NCBI GenBank assembly: GCA_963705255.1
Contig: OY970061.1
Location: forward strand, 1,824,001-1,888,000
From: an uncultured Methanoregulaceae archaeon
GTDB taxonomy: Archaea; Halobacteriota; Methanomicrobia; Methanomicrobiales; Methanospirillaceae
Reading direction: 5' to 3'
DNA: 64,000 nt
Below the pieces are notes generated by a model. It was not told the DNA's origin, did no database searches, and saw only the letters and a list, made by a program, of their open reading frames with translations. The translations under genes and the position numbers were made by a program. Below are positions 53,010 through 60,935 of the stretch, one piece after another. The first letter of the stretch is position 1; every line of letters starts with the position of its first letter.

Positions 53010-54431
53010 TTAGGACTCGAACGTGACCAGCTTGGACTGGAACGTCCCGTCCACGAAATTGATCTGGCAGGTCTTCGCCTTCTCACCTTCGATCGGCAGC
53101 GGGTAACAACCGGTGAGACAGCCCGTGCAGAGATCCTCGCGGTCAAACCCGATCGCCTCGATCAGCGCCCCGATCGAGACATGGTGGAGCGTGGTCGCCG
53201 TGATGTTGTGCCGGACCTCCTCTTCGATGCGGTTGCTTGCGATCAGTTCCTCGCGGGTCGGCATGTCCACCCCGAGGTAACAGGGAGCCTTGATAGCCGG
53301 GGAACCGATCCGCATGTGCACTTCCCGGGCACCTGCGTCCCGCATCATCTCGATGATCCGCTTCGAGGTCGTCCCCCGTACTATACTGTCGTCCACCAGG
53401 ACCACCGATTTGTCCTTCAGGTGAGCGGGTATGGGGTTGAGCTTGATCCGGACCGCCTTCTCCCGCTCTTTCTGGGAAGGCATGATGAATGTCCGTCCCA
53501 TGTACCGGTTCTTCATCAGGGACTCGACGAACGGGATCTTCGACCCTTCCGCGTACCCGATCGCGTAGGTGGTCCCCGAGTCAGGGACCGAGCAGACCGA
53601 GTCCGCCTTGACCGGGGCTTCCTCGTGGAGTTTATGGCCGATCTGGCGCCGGACATCATAGACCAGCACGCCGTCGATTATCGCATCGGCCCGGGCAAAA
53701 TAGATGTACTCGAAGATGCAGTGTGCCCGTTTGCCGGCAACAGCAATCTGCGTGCACCGGATCCCATCTCCGTCGATCCGGATAAGTTCCCCGGGCCTGA
53801 CATCCCGGATGAACTTCGCACTCAGGGCGTCAACGGCCACGCTCTCGGACGCAATCATGTAGCCGTTCTCGGTCCTGCCGATGCAGAACGGCTTGATCCC
53901 CAGCGGGTCCCGGAAGCCGTAGAGGATCCCGTCGATCAGGATCACGACCGAGTAAGAACCCACGAGCCTGCGCATGCAGAGATTGACCGCATCTTCCACG
54001 GAGCCGGCGTTGCTGATCGAATCGATGAGGATCTTGGCGATAATCTCCGTATCAGTAGTGGTGGTAAAGATCTGGCCTGCCTGTTCGTATTCGGCCCGGA
54101 GCTCGCAGGTATTGACCAGGTTCCCGTTGTGGGCCACGGAAATGGAATGATCCTGGAACTGGAAGTTCAGGGGCTGGATATTCTCGGGAAGGTTTGCACC
54201 TGTGGTCGGGTAGCGGACATGCCCGACACCGGCCGTGCCCTTCAGATCGGATAAAACAGACGGGGAAAAAACATCGGCAACCAGTCCGTTCCCCTTGAAC
54301 TTATGGAGATTGGTGCCGTCAAACGTGGATATTCCGGCGCTCTCCTGACCACGGTGCTGGAGAGCATACAGGGCATAATAGAGCTGGATTGATACACCGC
54401 CAGCATCGACGATGCCAACGATTCCACACAT
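53010..54431 (-). CDS. purF: Amidophosphoribosyltransferase
   Basis: N-terminal CGIVG, LQHRGQESAG, GHVRYPT and VDDSIVRGTT. Confidence 0.97.
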   Translation of the reverse strand: MCGIVGIVDAGGVSIQLYYALYALQHRGQESAGISTFDGTNLHKFKGNGLVADVFSPSVLSDLKGTAGVGHVRYPTTGANLPENIQPLNFQFQDHSISVAHNGNLVNTCELRAEYEQAGQIFTTTTDTEIIAKILIDSISNAGSVEDAVNLCMRRLVGSYSVVILIDGILYGFRDPLGIKPFCIGRTENGYMIASESVAVDALSAKFIRDVRPGELIRIDGDGIRCTQIAVAGKRAHCIFEYIYFARADAIIDGVLVYDVRRQIGHKLHEEAPVKADSVCSVPDSGTTYAIGYAEGSKIPFVESLMKNRYMGRTFIMPSQKEREKAVRIKLNPIPAHLKDKSVVLVDDSIVRGTTSKRIIEMMRDAGAREVHMRIGSPAIKAPCYLGVDMPTREELIASNRIEEEVRHNITATTLHHVSIGALIEAIGFDREDLCTGCLTGCYPLPIEGEKAKTCQINFVDGTFQSKLVTFES

Positions 54432-54440
54432 GGTACAACT

Positions 54441-54623
54441 CTAATGCGTCGGGATTTTCGGTCGCTTGTTGTTCCACTTGTTGCTGATCATCTTGGTGCT
54501 TCTGCCAAAACCGCAGGCAGAGCAGACTTTCTTCTGGGCATGGAACGAGATCTTCCCACACCGCCGGCAGGCGATATGGGTGAACTTGTTCATCTTGCCC
54601 ATGGATGGAGTGCCTTTTGACAT
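54441..54623 (-). CDS. rpl37e: 50S ribosomal protein L37e
   Basis: [30 protein letters not shown]. Confidence 0.97.
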   Translation of the reverse strand: MSKGTPSMGKMNKFTHIACRRCGKISFHAQKKVCSACGFGRSTKMISNKWNNKRPKIPTH

Positions 54624-54634
54624 GTTACTTCACC

Positions 54635-54865
54635 TTATTGTTCGAGTGATGGAGAGATATAAATCACGTTATCCCCACGGACGATGAGCGTGCCGACCTT
54701 CTGGGCCTGCCCGTTCTCCACTTCCTCGGCCTTGTCGAGGACGAGGTTCATATGTACATCATATCCCTGGAGAACGCCCCGGATCTCTCTCCCGCCTTTG
54801 AGAGATACAATAACGGGCTGACGGTTCAGCACCTGATCCAAAATATCCAACGGCCTCTTGGTCAT
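54635..54865 (-). CDS. Sm-like archaeal protein (Lsm/SmAP1)
   Basis: [16 protein letters not shown] and IVRGDNV; conserved linkage to rpl37e. Confidence 0.95.
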   Translation of the reverse strand: MTKRPLDILDQVLNRQPVIVSLKGGREIRGVLQGYDVHMNLVLDKAEEVENGQAQKVGTLIVRGDNVIYISPSLEQ

Positions 54866-55046
54866 AATACTACCCTGTTACCATCGCTCTGGAGTAATAT
54901 ATGTGTGCGAGCAGGTTACTTAAACATACCGTAGATCCCCCCAGAGCAATAAGGTTTCCTGCCGGTCAGAGGCTTAAAAAGAGGGGGAGTTTTCATAGCG
55001 ATGCAAATTTTTTTCATGCCTGCACTCTGATTGTTGAAGCAGAACG

Positions 55047-55544
55047 ATGAAAAAAATTGTTGTAAAGAAACGCCATTCCATCCGGAAAAGCCAGGGGCAG
55101 GAACTGCTGGCGCGGCTTGCAGAACAGATCGGGCCGTCGGCAAACCTCTTCCATGGGGACATGATCGAAGTGCTCGAAACGAACGCGGATGTCTCCCTCT
55201 TCATGGTCCACAAGAAGCCGCTCCTCATGGCCACGGATGCGTGGGTCTTCCCCACCCTCAAAGGTGCAGTCCAGCTCCCGTTCCCGGAACGGCGGGTTGT
55301 TGTCGACGCCGGGGCCATCCCCTACGTCGTCAACGGTGCGGATATCATGCGGCCCGGCATCGTCTCGGTCACGGATGACGTGAAGGCACAGGCACCGGTC
55401 CAGATCGTTGACGAGCGGCACGGCAAACCCCTTGCCATCGGAATCTCGCTCTTTGATGCGCCCGATCTGCGTGCCAGTACGGCCGGAAAGATGGTAAAAA
55501 AATTCCATCACGTCGGTGATGAGATCTGGAACATGGAGATCTGA
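55047..55544 (+). CDS. PUA-domain RNA-binding protein (DUF1947 + PUA)
   Basis: FPTLKG, VVDAGAIPYVVNGADIMRPGI and HHVGDEIW. Confidence 0.9.
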   Translation: MKKIVVKKRHSIRKSQGQELLARLAEQIGPSANLFHGDMIEVLETNADVSLFMVHKKPLLMATDAWVFPTLKGAVQLPFPERRVVVDAGAIPYVVNGADIMRPGIVSVTDDVKAQAPVQIVDERHGKPLAIGISLFDAPDLRASTAGKMVKKFHHVGDEIWNMEI

Positions 55545-55666
55545 CCAGCGTCCGGGACGTTGGGCATGCGGAAAACAGCCGGTTTTTCCCATTTTTTTTG
55601 CCTAAAACCCTGAGATGAGGCTTCAAAATAGATACTATTAAATAAGTTTCGTCATACAGTTTTTTT

Positions 55667-56035
55667 ATGGTTAAAATCATAGACACCCTTCTTGGTAAGA
55701 GTTCCGCAAGCTCGGACGACGATTACATGGAACTCGACCTCGCTTCTTATGAAGAGCACGGCGGAGCCGGCCCGGCACTGCTCGTAAAGATCGCGACCAT
55801 AACTGACCTCAAGGACACTCCCCGTGTCAAGGACGAGGTCTATTCCGGCAACATCGTGATCGTCGATATCTCCCGCCTGAAGATGGACAAGATCTCGTAC
55901 GAGCGCGTCCTGAAGGACCTAAAAGAAGTGGCAAAGGACGTCAACGGCGATATCATCGGCCTTGGGGACCAGCGCTATGTCGTCCTGACCCCTATGTCCG
56001 TGAAGATCTCGCGCGACAAGATCGGTGGAGCATAA
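55667..56035 (+). CDS. sepF: Cell division protein SepF
   Basis: DYMELDL, VKDEVYSGNIVIVDI and GDIIG..VVLTP. Confidence 0.9.
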   Translation: MVKIIDTLLGKSSASSDDDYMELDLASYEEHGGAGPALLVKIATITDLKDTPRVKDEVYSGNIVIVDISRLKMDKISYERVLKDLKEVAKDVNGDIIGLGDQRYVVLTPMSVKISRDKIGGA

Positions 56036-56560
56036 GTGCAGAGCGTCGTCCCGGGTCCGTGTCCGTCCTGCAATACTGAAATCGAATACCTGTATAAGAC
56101 AGAAAATATCCCCTATTTTTCCGATATCCTCATTATTTCTGCGGTCTGCCCCTCCTGCGGGTACAGGTTCGTTGACACGCAGCTCTTAAAGCACGGAGAT
56201 CCTGCACGGTACACGATGCCGGTGGAATCAGAAGACGACCTTGCGGTCCGGGTCGTGCGGAGCATGAGCGCCAGCATCGAGATCCCCGAGATTGGAGTAC
56301 GCATCGATCCCGGCCCGGTCTGCCAGGGGTTCATCTCCAACGTTGAAGGCGTGCTCGACCGGATCGAGCAGGTGGTGAAGGGTGCACTCAACTGGGGCAC
56401 GGACGTAGAGAAGGAGAACGCGGCGGCACTCCTCACGGATATCGCCCGGGTGAAGAGCGGTGCTTACCCGGTTACGCTGATCCTTGAAGACCCGTGCGGG
56501 AACAGTGCGATTGTATCGGAGAAGGCGAAGAAGGAAGCGTACGTGCCGGAAGAAGAGTAA
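56036..56560 (+). CDS. ZPR1 zinc-finger protein
   Basis: CPSC..IPYF..CPSCGYR, IEIPEIG..PG..SNVEG and LEDPCGNS. Confidence 0.92.
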   Translation: MQSVVPGPCPSCNTEIEYLYKTENIPYFSDILIISAVCPSCGYRFVDTQLLKHGDPARYTMPVESEDDLAVRVVRSMSASIEIPEIGVRIDPGPVCQGFISNVEGVLDRIEQVVKGALNWGTDVEKENAAALLTDIARVKSGAYPVTLILEDPCGNSAIVSEKAKKEAYVPEEE

Positions 56561-56674
56561 ATTTTCTGATTTTTGATTCACCAGAAATCCGAGACCCCCC
56601 TCTTGTGCCTCCGAATGGTTCATCAGGACTATGAGGATGAGAAGAACTCTTCAGAGTTCTTCGAAACCAGAACT

Positions 56675-56780
56675 TCCCCCATTGGGGGGGACGGGGCAAA
56701 TTGGGATAGCCCCATACAGGTAATACGGAGGCATCGCAACTCGGGGATGCCCACGCGGTGGGGGCGGAGCCCCCAAGAGC
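56675..56780. other. Cluster of GC hairpins (REP-like or structured element)
   Basis: CCCCC-ATT-GGGGG, GGCATC...GATGCC and GGGGGC-GGA-GCCCCC inverted repeats within about 100 bp. Confidence 0.45.
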
Positions 56781-57100
56781 GTCAGACCTCTGATTAATTT
56801 TTCACCAAAGTTTGATCGATCCGGATTTTTTTCTCGGTCGCTGCAATCCGGAAAAAATCGATCGCGTCTCAGAAATTCTTAAAAATTTTATAAAGAATCT
56901 TTTCAGCCACCCCCAGCACATCCGGAAAACCAGATCCGCCCGTTTCATTGATCGAACCCAAGTCATCATAATATTATAAATGTCATTGAATCGTACCATA
57001 ACGATAAAAATCCGGCCCGATGGAAAAGATCACGCGGGCCACTCAACACACAGGAGAACCGAGCAATGAATAACGACCCAAACCTAGGAGCGATCCTCCC

Positions 57101-57586
57101 GTGAATCGCGGCCGCCGGGCAACCAAGGGCCTCGATGACGCCGCCCCCATCGCCCAGCGACGCGGCTGCCTGATGAAGGTCGAGTACGGTCCGGAGAGCG
57201 TCTGCGATTTTTTGATCCGGACCGTCGAGCTCGTGATCTTCGTCCGGGTCGTGCGCATCGAGAAGATCGTTGCCTCGGTGAGCGAGATCGGGCACGAGTG
57301 CCGGGCTATCATCGCCGAGCTCCGGCTCTTCCCGCAGTCGCCGCAGATCCGGCTCGAGCTCTGGGCGTACAACAAACACGGGACGTACCGCTACTTCCGG
57401 CTCACCGCGACCGGCCTGGAGGAGATCCGGCAGAGCGGGGAGCCGGAGACCGTGGCCACGGGCGAAGGGGCGGACCAGCAGAAGGCCGGGGAAGCGGGAG
57501 GTACTTCGGGTGAGGGGCTGTCGCTGAAGTTCTCACGCTGGGGATGTTTCTCCGGTTTCGATGATGACGTATCGCATCCCGGATAG
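57101..57586 (+). CDS. Hypothetical protein, possibly a degenerate restriction-endonuclease-like fold
   Basis: AGGAG SD before the GTG start; host-like codon usage; CDFLI..IFVRVVR and RLELW...YRYF strands; low-complexity C-terminal tail. Confidence 0.65.
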   Translation: MNRGRRATKGLDDAAPIAQRRGCLMKVEYGPESVCDFLIRTVELVIFVRVVRIEKIVASVSEIGHECRAIIAELRLFPQSPQIRLELWAYNKHGTYRYFRLTATGLEEIRQSGEPETVATGEGADQQKAGEAGGTSGEGLSLKFSRWGCFSGFDDDVSHPG

Positions 57587-57723
57587 GGAAACCCGTCCAG
57601 ACGGTATTCTGCCTGGCAGAGGGGATTCAAAGTCAGTATTTACACCCTATTTGGAGGGGGTATCCCACCCTACCCTGTACAGGCGGTTCTCCGTCGTAGA
57701 AATCTGCCCCCGGAAAGGGCGAT

Positions 57724-57776
57724 GGGACTAAGTACCCCAAAACGGGGGACTAATTCGGGAAAATGGGGGACTAATT
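57724..57776 (+). repeat. Three phased direct repeats GGGACTAA(TT)
   Basis: Copies start at 57724, 57746 and 57767 (spacing 22 and 21 bp). Confidence 0.7.
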
Positions 57777-57952
57777 ATTTCGAAGTCTTATGATTGGACC
57801 CGGATCGGTCGATCCGGGCCCGCAGCGGACCCTGATAAAAACCTTACTAGACGCAATACACTGGCAAAACTCAGGCTCAGACAGGCTGGGGTAGGCCCGG
57901 ATCGGAAAAAAGGGGGTCCGGATCGGGTCTCCGGACGGGGGGATCACCCCCC

Positions 57953-58230
57953 TTGCGCCAGCCGGCGCCTTGTCGGCGCCTTGTCGGCGCCTTCCTGACC
58001 TGGCTTGTTCCCTTCCTTGCCTCCATCCTGTTCTATGGCAGGGACGGTATGATGATCGATCTCCAGCTCTTCAAATCGCTGATGATCGGTGTCGGATCGA
58101 TCACTACCGCAATCCTGATCGTCTGGCTCCTTCCAGCCGGTTGAGAAAAATTTCACGCACGAGGCCATCGTGACCGGGATCGTCTGGGCTTCGATATCTC
58201 GTGATCCCCGCGATGGTGAGCGCAACCTGG
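57953..58230 (+). pseudogene. Fragment of a small membrane protein gene
   Basis: Hydrophobic AFLTWLVPFLASILFY..FKSLMIGVGS. The 5' end is lost at an 11-bp tandem repeat (CGGCGCCTTGT), and the frame breaks at 58144. The end coordinate is approximate. Confidence 0.5.
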
Positions 58231-58263
58231 GTTGTGATGGAAGAGGTGGGAAAAAGAAAATAT

Positions 58264-58280
58264 TGAAAATTTTTATAAGT
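58264..58280 (+). promoter_or_regulatory. Putative archaeal BRE/TATA promoter of the island operon
   Basis: GAAAA followed by TTTTTATAAG upstream of the first island ORF. Confidence 0.45.
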
Positions 58281-58408
58281 AGTTTGTAATTAACGATTTT
58301 TTTAATTCTAGAAGAATTGGATATCGAACGCGATGACAGCGAAATTATTAACGTGTCTGAGATTTTTAAAACATATTATAATACTCGATCTGATAATGGT
58401 GAGCCTTC

Positions 58409-59257
58409 TTGAGTACTGTTGAATGTGGAGATGTAATCTGCAATTTCACAAATCCATTGAAAATTCATGAAGGAGGTCAACGAATTGTTTATCGAATCGA
58501 CCATCCGAAATATGGATTCGCCGTTTTAAAAGTTGGATATTATGCAACACCTTCGAGTCCGATGGGATGGGAATTAGAAAGGATTGAAAGGGAGGTAGAA
58601 ATTTTACGGGAAATTGATTCACCCTTTTATCCGAAAAATTATGATTTTCAAGTAATTTCAAAAAATCGATATATGATTCTTGAAGAATTTCTTGATTCGC
58701 CAACACTCACATATCAAATGGACAGATTCAATTCTCCAATCGCAGCTTTAAAACTTATAAAAGAGTTAGCAACCGGATTAAAAATTATTTGGGATAAAAA
58801 AATTGTTCACCGCGATCTCAAACCGGAAAATATTTTGATTAACGATAATAATTCCCCGAGAATTATTGATCTAGGGATAGCTCGAGTACTTGATTCAGAC
58901 TCAATCACTAAAACAAGATATGGTGGACCCTTATCCCGTGAATATGCACTCCAGAACAACATCGATATAATAAAGCGTTGATAAATTGGAGGACAGACCA
59001 GTATAATCTAGGAATCATTTTGATGCAATTACTATTGAAGGGTGTTCATCCCTTCTCTCCCTCATTAGTTGGTGGGAACTCCATTCGAGATAATATTTTG
59101 AATAATAACTGGTACCGAATTGCTCTAACTGACATAAGTCTTTTTACCCATACAACCATTCGCGACAAATTTGTTGGGTTATGAACAGTTTGAGCGCTAT
59201 AGAACATTTGAATTTTTCATGAACGATCTTGATTCATGTCTGAAGGTGATGAAATGA
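58409..59257 (+). CDS. Hanks-type Ser/Thr protein kinase; frameshifts near 58949 and 59141
   Basis: EGGQRIVY, AVLK, ERIEREVEIL, HRDLKPENILI and IIDLGIA. After a frame change: PEQHRY..RTDQYNLGI..HPF. After a second change: LLGYEQFERY..LKVMK*, whose TGA (59255-57) overlaps the next ATG. Confidence 0.88.
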
Positions 59258-60444
59258 CGTTTGAAATTTATCATCAACTGGGGCATAGAGACAAATGGAG
59301 TATTGATAGTTATCAGAACGATGGAACTGGAGAAGGAGTGATAATCTCCCCTCGTAGCAGAAAAAAAAGAAATGTGGAGTCTTTAAGCTCTACAGTGAAA
59401 AAGAAAGCAATTTTTGATCCTCAGTTTTTCAATCCGAATGCTGTAATAAAAAAGATGGATTCATATGATTTTTATCCCGATTTAATGATGCCAGGTGGAT
59501 TTGATACAATTCGTTTTTCAAATTATTGTTCGAATGTTGCTGAAAATTGTGTTTCTTTTCAAATTAAGAATAACTTCAGGTACATAGTGATTCCGACGAG
59601 GTTCTATGAGGGGGCACCGGATGCCGAATTTTTCACACGGAATCAAGAAAATGATTTTGTTATTCCTTTTTTAAATGCGAAAGACGCCATTAAGTCAAAA
59701 AAAGATGCGATTCTTCAGTTAGTTCTTACTGGACATATGTTGAGAAATAAAGTCTTTATCGATTATTTGCTTACATGGATAACGGGTCTCGAAGGGATCA
59801 AAGGGATTTATCTTATTACAGAACTATTACCAAGGAATTCTCAAATTACTGATGCCGAATTTTTATTGAATTTGATGAATTTCATCCACATACTCCATAA
59901 AAACAAAATGATTATTGTTTTGGGGTACCTGAATAGTGAATCGTTAATATTGTCGATTGCAAATCCATCGATCGTAACAATTGGTTCTTTCGGAAATTTA
60001 CGAATCTTTAATTCAAAGATGTTCGAAGAAACAGAGGCAGGAGAGATTAAAGTTCCGAGTTATAAGATCTATTCACCCGTACTTCTAGATTGGATTGATG
60101 CCCCATACGTAGATCTTATGAGAGACAGAGCCATAGTTCCTAACGAGTTCTTTGGGAATAATACATATCTGGAGACAATGTTCAGCGACGGGTACAATGG
60201 TAGTGCTCAAAGCAATGAACCATACAAACATTATTTCATTGAAATTTCGAAACAATTACAAGATATTCGATCATCAAATGGTGCGGATAGATATTCAAAA
60301 GTAAGTGAAATGTTACGAAATGCCAAAGATGAGTATTCCCGAATTAATGACACAGGAATTGATATCGGAAGACAAGGTGCCTTCGTTTCTCAATTTGCAA
60401 CAGCAGCAAATTTATTCGCACGTGATCAAGGTTGGAGAAAGTAA
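59254..60444 (+). CDS. Hypothetical protein (~396 aa), island gene 2
   Basis: Uninterrupted ORF with GAAGGTGAT SD and an ATGA overlap with the kinase; motifs YHQLGH, GVIISP and IFDPQFFNP; alternating alpha/beta pattern. Confidence 0.85.
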   Translation: MTFEIYHQLGHRDKWSIDSYQNDGTGEGVIISPRSRKKRNVESLSSTVKKKAIFDPQFFNPNAVIKKMDSYDFYPDLMMPGGFDTIRFSNYCSNVAENCVSFQIKNNFRYIVIPTRFYEGAPDAEFFTRNQENDFVIPFLNAKDAIKSKKDAILQLVLTGHMLRNKVFIDYLLTWITGLEGIKGIYLITELLPRNSQITDAEFLLNLMNFIHILHKNKMIIVLGYLNSESLILSIANPSIVTIGSFGNLRIFNSKMFEETEAGEIKVPSYKIYSPVLLDWIDAPYVDLMRDRAIVPNEFFGNNTYLETMFSDGYNGSAQSNEPYKHYFIEISKQLQDIRSSNGADRYSKVSEMLRNAKDEYSRINDTGIDIGRQGAFVSQFATAANLFARDQGWRK

Positions 60445-60446
60445 GA

Positions 60447-60878
60447 ATGGTATTTAAGACTGAATCCGATTTGGTTGAGGCAATAAAAAGGAATCAACAG
60501 ATTCATGATTTTATGATTTCAGGGGATTTTTTGATGCAAGAAGAAGTATCAGGATTTTTTGGCGTTCCTGATGTCGTTTTTATTAAGCAAAATCACGAGA
60601 GAAAGATCTCATATGCATACGAGGCAAAACTATCCAATTGGCCTAGGGCATTGACACAAGCATTCCGATACAAAGCATTCGTTAATAAATCGTTTGTAAT
60701 TCTGGATCACGACCATATTGAACCAGCGTTGTCAAACGCCGATAAATTTTGTAAGGCGAATGTTGGGTTGATGAGCATAGATTGTTCGGGAATCCTTCAT
60801 TGTCATTATAACCCCTATTATGAGACGCCATATTCTCAACGGTTGGAATATAAGTTCAATGAAAAATATCGATTGTAA
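60447..60878 (+). CDS. Small PD-(D/E)xK nuclease-like protein (143 aa), island gene 3
   Basis: QEEV..GVPDVV...AYEAKLSNWPRALTQAFRY gives E, PD, ExK and QxxxY motifs; starts 2 bp after the gene 2 stop, with GGAG upstream. Confidence 0.8.
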   Translation: MVFKTESDLVEAIKRNQQIHDFMISGDFLMQEEVSGFFGVPDVVFIKQNHERKISYAYEAKLSNWPRALTQAFRYKAFVNKSFVILDHDHIEPALSNADKFCKANVGLMSIDCSGILHCHYNPYYETPYSQRLEYKFNEKYRL

Positions 60879-60935
60879 TTTTTGTAGTTATTGTCTTTTT
60901 CGATTTGATGAAAATTAGAAAGAGATTAAAGCCCT

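Larger units (their letters stand above)
58260..60930 (+). mobile_element. AT-rich horizontally acquired three-gene island (no integrase or att sites seen)
   Basis: Abrupt switch from GC-rich host sequence to strongly AT-rich sequence at ~58255 and back at the purM stop (~60935); A/T-ending codons throughout. Confidence 0.75.

Noticed and set aside
52923-54254. 443-aa plus-strand ORF
   Set aside because: Antisense shadow of purF.
58260-60930. Island as a restriction-modification, BREX/Pgl or prophage remnant
   Set aside because: No methyltransferase, PglZ/ATPase or viral structural or replication genes are present.
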